A DNA stretch of 64,000 nt from Candidatus Moraniibacteriota bacterium (GTDB lineage Bacteria; Patescibacteriota; Minisyncoccia; Moranbacterales; UBA1568), in contig JAQTRS010000004.1 in the NCBI GenBank assembly GCA_028711705.1, positions 9,205-73,204 of the forward strand. The letters are read 5' to 3'. The notes below the pieces were generated by a model that saw only the letters and a list, made by a program, of their open reading frames with translations, was not told the DNA's origin and ran no database searches. A program made the position numbers and the translations under genes. Positions 8,709 to 17,731 of this stretch are shown piece after piece. Within the stretch, counting starts at the first letter, position 1; each line of letters opens with the position of its first letter.

Positions 8709-9929
8709 ATGCACACAATGCAACCATTGGCGGATCGGATGCGCCCCAGGAACCTGGAGGCTTTTTTGGGGCAGCGGGAACTGATCGGGGAAGGGACATT
8801 CCTGAGGCACGCTATCGCGCACGATAGCGTGCCGTCCTTGATTTTGTGGGGGACACCGGGATCCGGCAAGACGACGCTCGCGCATATCATCGCCGCCGAA
8901 ACCAAGTCGCATTTCATAGCGCTGCCGGCGGTCGGAAGCGGGGTGAAGGAATTGCGGAAAGTCATCGAGCAGGCCAGAGGCAGCAAGGCGCTCGGAGAAA
9001 AAACAATCCTCTTTATCGACGAGATCCATCGCTGGAACAAATCACAGCAAGACGCCCTGCTCCCGCATGTCGAGTCGGGACTGGTGACACTCATCGGCGC
9101 CACGACCGAGAACCCGAGCTTCGAGGTCAACGCCGCTTTGCTTTCACGCGCCCGCGTCTTTATCCTGCAGGCCCTGTCCGAGGACGACGTGGTGGCGATA
9201 TTGAAAAACGCCCTGAAGGATAAGGAATACGGATTGGGAAAACAATCCGTCACGGCCGATGATGATGCTCTTTTATTGATCGCGCGTTTCGCGAATGGTG
9301 ATGGACGGACGGCGCTCAATACCCTGGAAGCGTGCGTGACGCATAACCCTCTTGTGACACTGGAAACGGTCAAGCTTATCCTGCAGAAACCGCACCTTCT
9401 GTACGACAAGGACGGCGAGCAGCATTACAATATTATTTCCGCTCTGCACAAATCGATGCGCGGAGGTGATGCGGACGCGGCGCTGTATTGGCTGGGGCGT
9501 ATGCTTGAGGCAGGTGAGGACCCGCTGTATATCGCGAGGCGATTGGTGCGATTTGCTTCGGAGGATATCGGGGTGGCCAATTCGTTCGCGTTGCCACAGG
9601 CAGTGGCGGTCTATCAGGCGTGCCATATGATCGGGATGCCGGAGTGTAGCGTCAATCTCGCGCAAGCGGTCGTGTATTTGGCGAAGTCTAAAAAAAGCAA
9701 TGCTCTGTATGTCGCCTACCAGGCAGTGCAGCAAGATATCCGCGACCTTCCCAATGAACCCGTGCCGATACATCTGCGCAATGCCCCGACCAAACTGATG
9801 AAGGATATCGGCTATGGCAAGGGATACAAGTATACCCCGGATTATAAGGACGAGACAGATGCCAAGCAGGACTATCTCCCGGAGCGCTTGCAAGGGAAGC
9901 GGTACATCAAGTTCGATGGTGAGAAATGA
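8709..9929 (+). CDS. rarA: replication-associated recombination protein A (AAA+ ATPase RarA/MgsA)
   Basis: Walker A GTPGSGKTTLA. Walker B ILFIDEIHRWNK. Sensor and MgsA C-terminal helical domain. Length 406 aa. Confidence 0.9.
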   Translation: MHTMQPLADRMRPRNLEAFLGQRELIGEGTFLRHAIAHDSVPSLILWGTPGSGKTTLAHIIAAETKSHFIALPAVGSGVKELRKVIEQARGSKALGEKTILFIDEIHRWNKSQQDALLPHVESGLVTLIGATTENPSFEVNAALLSRARVFILQALSEDDVVAILKNALKDKEYGLGKQSVTADDDALLLIARFANGDGRTALNTLEACVTHNPLVTLETVKLILQKPHLLYDKDGEQHYNIISALHKSMRGGDADAALYWLGRMLEAGEDPLYIARRLVRFASEDIGVANSFALPQAVAVYQACHMIGMPECSVNLAQAVVYLAKSKKSNALYVAYQAVQQDIRDLPNEPVPIHLRNAPTKLMKDIGYGKGYKYTPDYKDETDAKQDYLPERLQGKRYIKFDGEK

Positions 9930-10083
9930 GCTTTTTGACCTAACTTGAGGGAATGTCTATAAAGGTACAATGTACATATACTTTATAGGCACCCCCCGTT
10001 TTTTATACCTATTTCTACCCTCAGATTGAAATATTTTTCCTTTAGATATGCTATACTGAGGTATAAGTTGTAAATCCAAGCCT

Positions 10084-10551
10084 ATGTTGCCAAAAGTCGG
10101 ACGAAAGGCGCCGCCATTTGCGCTGCCGGACCAGAATGGAACCGAGCACACGCTTTCGCAGTATCTGGGGAAGTGGGTGGTGTTGTATTTTTACCCCAAG
10201 GATGACACGCCGGGCTGCACCAAGGAGGCCTGCAGTTTCCGGGATAATTTTTCCGTGTTTAAGAAAGCGGGCATCACGGTTTTGGGCGTGAGTGTCGACC
10301 CGGTGAAAAAGCATGCCAAGTTTGCGGAGAAATACACTTTGCCGTTCACCCTGCTCTCGGATGAGCAGAAACAGGTGGTGGAGCAATACGGTGTTTGGGG
10401 TAAGAAGAAATTCATGGGGCGCGAGTATATGGGAACCTACCGCACCACCTTCCTTATCGACCCGAAAGGCACCGTTGCCAAGGTGTATGAAAACGTGAAA
10501 CCGGACAATCATGCCGAAGAGATTATCGCGGATGCAAAGACGCTCGCTTGA
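10084..10551 (+). CDS. bcp: thiol peroxidase / peroxiredoxin Bcp
   Basis: KAPxFxLPDQNG...LYFYPKDDTPGCTKEAC peroxidatic-Cys motif. Length 155 aa. Confidence 0.9.
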   Translation: MLPKVGRKAPPFALPDQNGTEHTLSQYLGKWVVLYFYPKDDTPGCTKEACSFRDNFSVFKKAGITVLGVSVDPVKKHAKFAEKYTLPFTLLSDEQKQVVEQYGVWGKKKFMGREYMGTYRTTFLIDPKGTVAKVYENVKPDNHAEEIIADAKTLA

Positions 10552-10625
10552 TAAGAGTCATCTTTTGTGGTACAGTAAAAAATGCTCAAGTTAGGGCATT
10601 TTTACTTTTATAATCGCGTTTACTC

Positions 10626-12410
10626 ATGGATAAGCAGCAAAAACCGGAAACGAAGCAATTCGACTCGAGCCTCTTTTGGGGGCGGCTGTGGCAGCTTGTC
10701 GCGCCGTCGCACAAGCAGATCAGGCAATTGGTCGTTTTGATCGTGGTCGTTGAAGTGACGCGTATGGCCGGGCCATATCTTCTGAAGCTGGTTATCGATA
10801 CGATCACGCACTTGCAGGCCGACTCTTTCGGATGGCTCTTTCTGCTTTTGATGGCCATGTTTGCCTCGAACCAGGCGGTGGCGTTGCTTAATTTTTTCGC
10901 GGATAAAAAGATCTTCGCAATCCTTGGGGATGTTTTGGTCTATCTTTCGCAGAACGCTCACCGGAACATGGTGTTTTTGGATCTAAGCTATCACGAGAAA
11001 GAGGATACCGGCAATAAGATCACCAAGATCCAGCGCGGGGTGGACAAAATCGAGGGACTTATCGGAAGCCTGTTTTGGGAAGTGGTGCCAACACTCTTTC
11101 AGGCGGTATTTTCGACCATCGTGCTCTTCGCTATCGATTGGCGATTCGGGGTCTTGTTTCTGATTTTCGTCCCCCTGTTCGTGATCATGACCTTCAAGCT
11201 CAACAAGAATGTCTTCGAGCCGAGGAAAAAACGCTATACGCTCGAGGAAGAAGCCTCGGGACTGATGACGCAGTCGATCATCAATATCAACACCGTGAAA
11301 TCGTTCGTGCAGGAAAAGCCGGAGAACAGCCGGTTCAGAAAGAAGGTCAATACGGCTCGCGAGATGCTCTTGCTCGAGTTTAGCAAGGTGCGCCGGTATA
11401 ATCTGGGGCGCTTCTTCATCATCGATTCCGGGAGAATCACGCTCCTGATGACAGGCGTGTACCTGGTGTGGCACGGCAGCATCACGGTCGGAAGCTTAGT
11501 GTTCGTCTATACCATTTCAGAAAAGGCATTGCTTTCTTTGTTCCGTATTTCCCGATTGTATGACCAGATCATGCAGAGCAGCGAGGCAGTCAATCGTTTG
11601 CATGAGCTCTCTTCTGTCAAGTCGGAAATCATCAACCCGAAGGCCGGTGTGAATCCGAAGTCCTTGGAAGGATTGATCGAATTTCGCGATATGAGCTTCC
11701 AGTACAGCGGAAGCAAGCGCATGGCGCTTAAGGCTGTGAGTGTCAAGATTCCGGCAGGGAGCATGACGGCGCTTGTGGGCCCCTCCGGCGGCGGCAAAAC
11801 GACGCTCGCGCGCATGGTCTATCGGCACTATGACCCGACCCGAGGGGAGGTGTTATTGGATAATGTGGATCTGAAAAGTTATGACCTCTACGCTTTTCGT
11901 CGGCATATGGCGATCGTGCCGCAGGAAGTGGAAGTCTTCAATACGAGCGTGCGGGACAATATCGGCTATGCCAAAGAGGACGCGACGCTTGAGGAAATTC
12001 AAGCGGCGGCCAAGATCGCCAATGCGGATGAATTTATTACGGGGTTATCCGGCGGTTATGACACCTTGGTGGGTGAGCGCGGTATCAAACTTTCCGGCGG
12101 GCAGCGCCAGCGCCTGGGTATCGCCCGGGCCATTTTGGCCAATCCGAAGGTACTGATCTTCGATGAGGCGACGAGCAGCCTGGATTCGCAAAGCGAGCGA
12201 TTGATCCAGGAGGCGATGGATAAGATCAGCAAGAACCGCACCGTCATCGTCATCGCGCACCGTTTGAGTACGATCAAGAAGGCGGACAAGATCATCGTGC
12301 TCGAGAAGGGGCAAGTGGTTGAGGAAGGCAATCACCGAGAGCTTTCATCGGTCGAGGGCGGTCTTTATCAGAAGCTTCTGAAGTTGCAGGCTATGGGCGA
12401 TGTGGATTAG
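10626..12410 (+). CDS. ABC transporter, fused permease/ATP-binding exporter (MsbA-like)
   Basis: N-terminal six-helix TMD. Walker A GPSGGGKTT. ABC signature LSGGQRQR. Walker B LIFDEATSSLD. H-loop. Length 594 aa. Confidence 0.9.
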   Translation: MDKQQKPETKQFDSSLFWGRLWQLVAPSHKQIRQLVVLIVVVEVTRMAGPYLLKLVIDTITHLQADSFGWLFLLLMAMFASNQAVALLNFFADKKIFAILGDVLVYLSQNAHRNMVFLDLSYHEKEDTGNKITKIQRGVDKIEGLIGSLFWEVVPTLFQAVFSTIVLFAIDWRFGVLFLIFVPLFVIMTFKLNKNVFEPRKKRYTLEEEASGLMTQSIININTVKSFVQEKPENSRFRKKVNTAREMLLLEFSKVRRYNLGRFFIIDSGRITLLMTGVYLVWHGSITVGSLVFVYTISEKALLSLFRISRLYDQIMQSSEAVNRLHELSSVKSEIINPKAGVNPKSLEGLIEFRDMSFQYSGSKRMALKAVSVKIPAGSMTALVGPSGGGKTTLARMVYRHYDPTRGEVLLDNVDLKSYDLYAFRRHMAIVPQEVEVFNTSVRDNIGYAKEDATLEEIQAAAKIANADEFITGLSGGYDTLVGERGIKLSGGQRQRLGIARAILANPKVLIFDEATSSLDSQSERLIQEAMDKISKNRTVIVIAHRLSTIKKADKIIVLEKGQVVEEGNHRELSSVEGGLYQKLLKLQAMGDVD

Positions 12411-12564
12411 GGTCAGTTAGCAATCAACAATCAACAATTAATAGCTAGCAATTAACAGTCAACGATAAGCAATGAGCAATCAGCAGTTAACGGGAATAGT
12501 TATAAGAAGGCAGTCAATGAAAGTGGCTGCTTTCTTTGTATGGCACCTGAACGGATCGCCTTTT

Positions 12565-12615
12565 TTGACAATGTTTGCAGAAGCGTTATACTTAAGTATG
12601 TAAACAGTGTAAACA
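12565..12615 (+). promoter_or_regulatory. lexA promoter (TTGACA-N16-TATACT) with a 10-bp palindrome TACTTAAGTA over the -10 and a tandem GTAAACA direct repeat; candidate SOS operator
   Basis: TTGACA at 12565-12570. TATACT at 12587-12592. Perfect palindrome TACTTAAGTA at 12589-12598. TGTAAACAGTGTAAACA at 12599-12615, with a TGTTTGCA half-site upstream giving an imperfect inverted repeat. Confidence 0.45.
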
Positions 12616-12631
12616 AATTAAGTGAAGCTCT

Positions 12632-13276
12632 ATGCAAATGCTCACCCCGAAACAAAAGATCGTCTTGCAGGCCATCAAGCAGTACCTTATGGAAAAGGGG
12701 CAGTCGCCGACCGTGCGTGAATTGCGTCAGGAGACGACCAAGCTCGGGCTCAGCCTGAAAAGTTTGCGCAGCTTCTTTATCTATCTGAACGCGCTGGAAA
12801 AGAAGGGATATATCCAAAGGACGGCCGGTGAGCGTGGCATCACGCTTCGCGGTATCACGCGCAACAACTTCGTGGACGTGCCGGTTCTGGGTATGGCTAA
12901 TGCCGGGACGGCGCTTATGTTTGCGGACGAGTATGTGGAGGGGTTCCTGAAGGTTTCCAAACGCATCGTGCGCGATCTGGAAGTTTTTGCCGTGCAGGTA
13001 TCGGGAACGTCCATGAACCTTGCCACGGTGAACAGCAAGAATATCGAGGACGGCGATTTTATTTTGGTGGACAAGAACGCCGAATGCAGCAATGGCGATA
13101 AGGTCTTGGTGGTGATCGACGGTTTGGCGACGGTCAAGACCTTCCGTACGGTGGATGGCCACAATATCGCGCTCACCCCGGAGTCGAGCGACCCGCATCA
13201 CAAACCGATTTTCCTGACCGACGAGGACAACTTCGTCATCAACGGCAAAGTGATCGATGTTTTGAAACTAGGATAA
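12632..13276 (+). CDS. lexA: LexA repressor (wHTH plus S24 peptidase)
   Basis: N-terminal winged-HTH. Cleavage-region AG. Ser-Lys dyad (VSGTSM ... K). Length 214 aa. Confidence 0.85.
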   Translation: MQMLTPKQKIVLQAIKQYLMEKGQSPTVRELRQETTKLGLSLKSLRSFFIYLNALEKKGYIQRTAGERGITLRGITRNNFVDVPVLGMANAGTALMFADEYVEGFLKVSKRIVRDLEVFAVQVSGTSMNLATVNSKNIEDGDFILVDKNAECSNGDKVLVVIDGLATVKTFRTVDGHNIALTPESSDPHHKPIFLTDEDNFVINGKVIDVLKLG

Positions 13277-13300
13277 TAGGAATATATAATTATCTATCAT

Positions 13301-13693
13301 ATGAAGAAGATCGCTATCGGTTCAAGTATGCGATTTAGGGATGTGGTCAAAGAGACCATTGCAGCACTTGAATCTTTCGGATTGCAGCCACTTTTTCCAA
13401 ATATTGACTATAGCTTTGACAATAGGGATGTGGCCGAAAGTTTGGAAGAGAAATCCAAACTCGCATGGGATCATTATAAAGCTATAGAAGAATGTGATGC
13501 CGTATATTTTATCCTTCCCGACGGTTATATGGGGACGAGTTGTAAGATTGAGCTAGGATATGCGCTCGCATTCAGGAAGCCGGTGTATTTTTCAGAATCG
13601 ACCGGTGACATAGGGTTGGATTGTTATCCGAAAGCGATTATTCCTTTGGATAAACTGGAATTACTCAATGAGGTTTATGGAAAAAATCAATAA
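13301..13693 (+). CDS. nucleoside 2-deoxyribosyltransferase-like protein (NDT/DNPH1/LOG-fold)
   Basis: KIAIGSS N-terminal Rossmann-like start and MGTSCKIELGYA, matching the DSGTxFExGYA catalytic-Glu motif of the NDT family. 130 aa. Confidence 0.55.
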   Translation: MKKIAIGSSMRFRDVVKETIAALESFGLQPLFPNIDYSFDNRDVAESLEEKSKLAWDHYKAIEECDAVYFILPDGYMGTSCKIELGYALAFRKPVYFSESTGDIGLDCYPKAIIPLDKLELLNEVYGKNQ

Positions 13694-14264
13694 AAACAAG
13701 AAAGAAAGCTTGATTCCGTTGGAACGTATCGCGAGCAAGATTTTTTGGATACGTGGGAAAAAGGTGATGCTTGATCGCGATTTGGCAGAATTGTATGGCG
13801 TTGAGATAAGGGTTTTAAATCAGGCTGTCAAAAGGAATAAAGAACGCTTTCCGGAGGATTTTATGTTTCAACTGACTAATGAAGAAGTAGGAGGTCTAAG
13901 ATCACAATTTGTGACCTTAGACGAAACAATGGCTTCAAGATTCGATGAGAATGAATCTTTGAAGTCACAAATCGTGACTTCAAAGAGAGGTCGTCATCGA
14001 AAATATCTCCCCTATGTCTTCACTGAGCAAGGCGTTGCAATGCTCTCGAGCGTACTTAAGAGTAAAAAATCGATTGAGGTGAATATTTATATCATCCGAA
14101 GTTTCGTGCGGTTGCGTGAAATGCTTGCGACGCATAAGGAGCTATCTGAGAAGATCGAGAAGATGGAACGAAAATCCGATCGGCAATTTAAGCTGGTGTT
14201 CGATGTGATGCAAAGGCTTTTGGATGATGGCAAGAAACCGAAAAAACTGATCGGGTTTGAATAA
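13668..14264 (+). CDS. ORF6N domain protein (KilA-N-like DNA-binding)
   Basis: IRGKKVMLDRDLAELYGVEIRVLNQAVKRNKERFPEDFMFQLT is the canonical ORF6N signature. Overlaps the upstream gene's stop. Confidence 0.8.
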   Translation: MRFMEKINKNKKESLIPLERIASKIFWIRGKKVMLDRDLAELYGVEIRVLNQAVKRNKERFPEDFMFQLTNEEVGGLRSQFVTLDETMASRFDENESLKSQIVTSKRGRHRKYLPYVFTEQGVAMLSSVLKSKKSIEVNIYIIRSFVRLREMLATHKELSEKIEKMERKSDRQFKLVFDVMQRLLDDGKKPKKLIGFE

Positions 14265-14716
14265 TGCATACAAAATATATGAGAAAAGAACATTTCAAGA
14301 TTTTTTCCGCAGTACATCTATTTCTTTTGAAAGACGGGAACGTTTTGTTGTCCCGGCGTTTCAATACCGGTTATCGTGACGGAGAATACAGCGTGCCAGC
14401 CGGACATTTGGACGGAGGGGAAACGGCGATAGTGGTGATGATCCGCGAGGCAGAGGAAGAGATAGGAGTGATTTTGCAGAGAGCGAATCTGAAGATGGCT
14501 CATATCATGCATACATTGGATGGAAGAGAAACAGTGAGTTTCTTCGTGGTGGCGGAGAAATGGGCTGGAGACATCGTGAACAATGAACCAGAAAAATGCT
14601 CGGATCTCAGTTGGTTTCCGATCGATGCGCTTCCGGAAAATACCATTCCGTACATCCGGCATGCTTTGGAGTGCACCCAAAAAGGTATCGCGTATTCCGA
14701 ATTCGGCTGGGAATAG
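14264..14716 (+). CDS. NUDIX hydrolase
   Basis: Nudix box GHLDGGETAIVVMIREAEEEIGV (GX5EX7REUXEEXGU). Start overlaps the upstream stop. Confidence 0.85.
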   Translation: MHTKYMRKEHFKIFSAVHLFLLKDGNVLLSRRFNTGYRDGEYSVPAGHLDGGETAIVVMIREAEEEIGVILQRANLKMAHIMHTLDGRETVSFFVVAEKWAGDIVNNEPEKCSDLSWFPIDALPENTIPYIRHALECTQKGIAYSEFGWE

Positions 14717-14748
14717 GGTTTGTATTCCTTGAATAAATTTCTATAATT

Positions 14749-15768
14749 ATGGCTATAGATAGGGAATTTCTACGGATGCTCTCGGAAAGGTATCGCTTTT
14801 CAGGGGAGCTTCGTTTCGTGGAAAAGGTGAAGCAAGGGTATCTTTCCCATAATTTTATTCTCGAGGATAGCGAGAAGAAATATTTTTTGAAGCAGTATCG
14901 CTTCGATGATGCTTATCGTGTTACCGAGGTACAGGAGGCGAAAAAGTTTTTCCATGAGCGCGATATTCCTGTTGTGATGCCGATACTATCGTTGGATGGA
15001 TCGAGTTTTTTCGTGCATGACCATACATTCTACACGCTGTTCCCGTATGTTACAGGGTATCAGTTCGGGCATACGAGGCTGAGCGAAAATGCCTTGCGAT
15101 CCGCAGGGGAAATGCTGGCAAAAATACATACGCTTGGTAAAAATAAGTGCCCGCTCAGTATCGATCCGAGGAGTTTTGCCTGGAACCATGATGATTTCAT
15201 GCTGCGAGCGGATGCTTTAAAAACGATCATTCATACGCAATCACAGCAAACTGAATACGACACATCGGCGCTTCAATGCCTCGACATGAAAGCCGATCTT
15301 ATTGGACACAATACGAAACGATACGAGGATTTTTCCTTGCTTCAAGATGATGCACATATCCTGCACGGAGATTTCCATGATGAAAATCTTTTTTTCGATG
15401 AATATGGAAAGGTGATAGCCGTGTTCGATTGGGAGAAGGTGAATTGCGGTCCGAGGGGGATGGATGTCGCTCGCTCGCTACTACTGATCTGTTTTTGGGA
15501 TGGCTTTGAGGAGAGTCATTTTCACGATGCCAGTGTGTACTTGAAGGCGTATTGCCTGACATACCCGCTTACGAAAGAATACCTGAAGGAAGCCATTATG
15601 GCGTGGAATATGGTTCAGATGCACTCGTTGTGGGTTCTGGAAGGGCATTATTTGCGACATGATACGAGGATGGATGATCTTCTTGTGTCGCATATGCGCG
15701 GTATACGGTATTTTGCTGCGAATGAGGATGCGTATATAAAGAGATTGACCGGATCCTTACCGTCTTGA
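14749..15768 (+). CDS. phosphotransferase enzyme family protein (APH/ChoK/homoserine-kinase-II fold)
   Basis: Brenner/catalytic motif ILHGDFHDENLFFD and downstream DWE, typical of the aminoglycoside-phosphotransferase-like kinase family. Substrate unknown. Confidence 0.7.
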   Translation: MAIDREFLRMLSERYRFSGELRFVEKVKQGYLSHNFILEDSEKKYFLKQYRFDDAYRVTEVQEAKKFFHERDIPVVMPILSLDGSSFFVHDHTFYTLFPYVTGYQFGHTRLSENALRSAGEMLAKIHTLGKNKCPLSIDPRSFAWNHDDFMLRADALKTIIHTQSQQTEYDTSALQCLDMKADLIGHNTKRYEDFSLLQDDAHILHGDFHDENLFFDEYGKVIAVFDWEKVNCGPRGMDVARSLLLICFWDGFEESHFHDASVYLKAYCLTYPLTKEYLKEAIMAWNMVQMHSLWVLEGHYLRHDTRMDDLLVSHMRGIRYFAANEDAYIKRLTGSLPS

Positions 15769-15845
15769 TGTGTTTATGTAAGATAAGACCCGAGGGCGCT
15801 CTCAGGTCTTATCTTTTAATTTCTCGGTGTGAGATCTGCAGTCTT

Positions 15846-16184
15846 TTAGTGGGTCGATCGTTTTTCCGCTTCAAGCGCTATCGCTACCGCGAGAACCGCC
15901 GGACCCTCATCAAAGTGACTCGGATGCTCTTCTGCGAATTTGTCGCATTTTTCATCCGTAAGGAATTTAAGATCACCGACTTCGCGTAAAAGACCATGGA
16001 CAAGTATCGCTGTTCTCGTATCGTGCGCGATTTTTTCTGCATATGCTTTCAATTTCCCTGCTCGTTCAAGGTATGACTGATTATTTTCTCCTTCAGCCGC
16101 TCTTTCTCCTGCAGTTAAACCGGTTTTATGAATTTCTGCAAGTCCATTCCCTCTGTATGGATTTTCAAACAGATTTTTGCTCAT
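15846..16184 (-). CDS. hypothetical protein
   Basis: ORF on the minus strand between the operon end and the DUF2130 gene. No motifs. Start uncertain (16184 or 16238). Confidence 0.35.
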   Translation of the reverse strand: MSKNLFENPYRGNGLAEIHKTGLTAGERAAEGENNQSYLERAGKLKAYAEKIAHDTRTAILVHGLLREVGDLKFLTDEKCDKFAEEHPSHFDEGPAVLAVAIALEAEKRSTH

Positions 16185-16314
16185 ATTGCGTGTCTTTAAC
16201 GGATAATCACCTTCTCTGCTATAATACCAGTATAGCACAGCGGCCCGGAGGAAAGGAAAGAAACGTCCGTATGAGGCTTAGCTATCATATAACTTACCGT
16301 AATCATATACTCCT

Positions 16315-17718
16315 ATGACCGAGCAATCCATTAGCTGTCCGAAATGCGCGACCAATATCCCTTTGACCGAAGCGCTGTCACAGCAGATTACCGAGCAGTT
16401 GCGGGGCGAATTCGAAAGGGAGGAAGAGAAACGGCAGCAGGCGTTTTCGGAACAGCAGAAGCGACTCGAGATGGAGAAGAAGATGCTCGAGCAGAAATCC
16501 GCATCGATGGATGAGTTGGTGGCCAAAGAAATCTCTCAGAAGTTGTCGGTAGAGAAAGAGGTCTTATGGAAAAAGGCGGAAGTTCAGGCGCAGGAAAGAT
16601 TGTCGGTGGAGATGGCGGACCTGAAATCGCAGAACGAGGAGCGTGCGCGCGAGCTTGAAGAGGCGCGAAAGAATGAGATCGAGCTTCGTCGCAAGACGCG
16701 GGAAATCGAGGACAGGGAAAAGAATTTGGAACTTGAAATGGAACGAAAGATGGACGAGGAAAAGGAGAAGCTCGGACAGAGTATCCGCAAGGCGGCGGAA
16801 GAGGAATTCCGCATGAAGATGCTCGAGAAAGACAAGCAATTGGAACAGGCTCAGCGCCAGGCGGATGATCTGAAACGCAAACTCGATCAGGGATCGATGC
16901 AGATCCAGGGCGATGTGCAGGAGAATGACCTGCGCGATACGCTGCGATCGACCTTCTTGAGCGATATTATCGAGGATGTGGCGACGGGTATCCGGGGTGC
17001 GGATCTTATCCAGACCGTGCAGACGCAATTCGGGCAGAAGTGCGGGGTGCTTTTGTGGGAATCGAAGAATACCAAGGCGTGGAGCGGGGATTGGATCAAG
17101 AAGCTCAAAAGCGATCAGGGCATCGCCAAGGCGGACGTGTGCATCCTGGTATCCAAGACGCTGCCCGAAGGCATCGCCTCTTTCGGGCTGATGGATGGCG
17201 TGTGGGTGTGCGAGTATGCCTCGGCCCTCCCTTTGGCGGAGGCGCTCCGTGTGACCTTGCAGGAAGTCCACAAAATAAAGCAGGCATCCGTGGGTAAGGG
17301 CGAGAAGATGGAGGCCTTGTATGAATACCTGACGGGCAATCAGTTCAAGAATCGCGTGGAGAATATCGTGATGGCATTCACGAGCATGAAAAACGATCTG
17401 GATATCGAGAAGCGTTCCTTCCAGAAGATGTGGAGCAAGCGGGAGAAGGAAATCGAGCGCGTGACGCTCAATACGGTCGGGATGTATGGCGATCTGCAGG
17501 GCATTGCCGGTGCCAATGCCCTGCCTCGCGTGGAGAGCTTGGAGCTTCCCGAAGAGACCTTGGATGAGCCTCCTGAAGAAATAGAAAAAATAGACGTACC
17601 AATAGAGGCGGCGGCCATTCCGGAAGCTCCAGCGAAAACAGGAAAGAAGAAAGAGTCTTCGATCAAGACGGCAGAGGAAGAGCTTTCGGCTACGAGGATT
17701 GCCGGTGCGCTTTTTTAA
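16315..17718 (+). CDS. DUF2130-like protein: N-terminal Cys pair, long coiled-coil, C-terminal PD-(D/E)xK-like domain
   Basis: CPKC near the N-terminus. About 250 aa of E/K/R-rich heptad repeats. C-terminal region with GADL...LLWESKNTK (D...E-x-K). Acidic tail. Confidence 0.55.
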   Translation: MTEQSISCPKCATNIPLTEALSQQITEQLRGEFEREEEKRQQAFSEQQKRLEMEKKMLEQKSASMDELVAKEISQKLSVEKEVLWKKAEVQAQERLSVEMADLKSQNEERARELEEARKNEIELRRKTREIEDREKNLELEMERKMDEEKEKLGQSIRKAAEEEFRMKMLEKDKQLEQAQRQADDLKRKLDQGSMQIQGDVQENDLRDTLRSTFLSDIIEDVATGIRGADLIQTVQTQFGQKCGVLLWESKNTKAWSGDWIKKLKSDQGIAKADVCILVSKTLPEGIASFGLMDGVWVCEYASALPLAEALRVTLQEVHKIKQASVGKGEKMEALYEYLTGNQFKNRVENIVMAFTSMKNDLDIEKRSFQKMWSKREKEIERVTLNTVGMYGDLQGIAGANALPRVESLELPEETLDEPPEEIEKIDVPIEAAAIPEAPAKTGKKKESSIKTAEEELSATRIAGALF

Positions 17719-17731
17719 GAGGGTTTTCGTT

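Noticed and set aside
12411-12500. Possible CRISPR-like repeats (CAATCAACAAT motifs)
   Set aside because: The units are irregular, AT-rich and only 10-12 nt long, with no regular spacer/repeat periodicity and no cas genes. Treated as low-complexity dispersed repeat instead.
14749-15768. Aminoglycoside or macrolide resistance phosphotransferase call
   Set aside because: Only the generic APH/ChoK-fold catalytic motif is visible. This fold includes homoserine kinase II, choline kinase and many unknown kinases. There is no basis for a resistance annotation.
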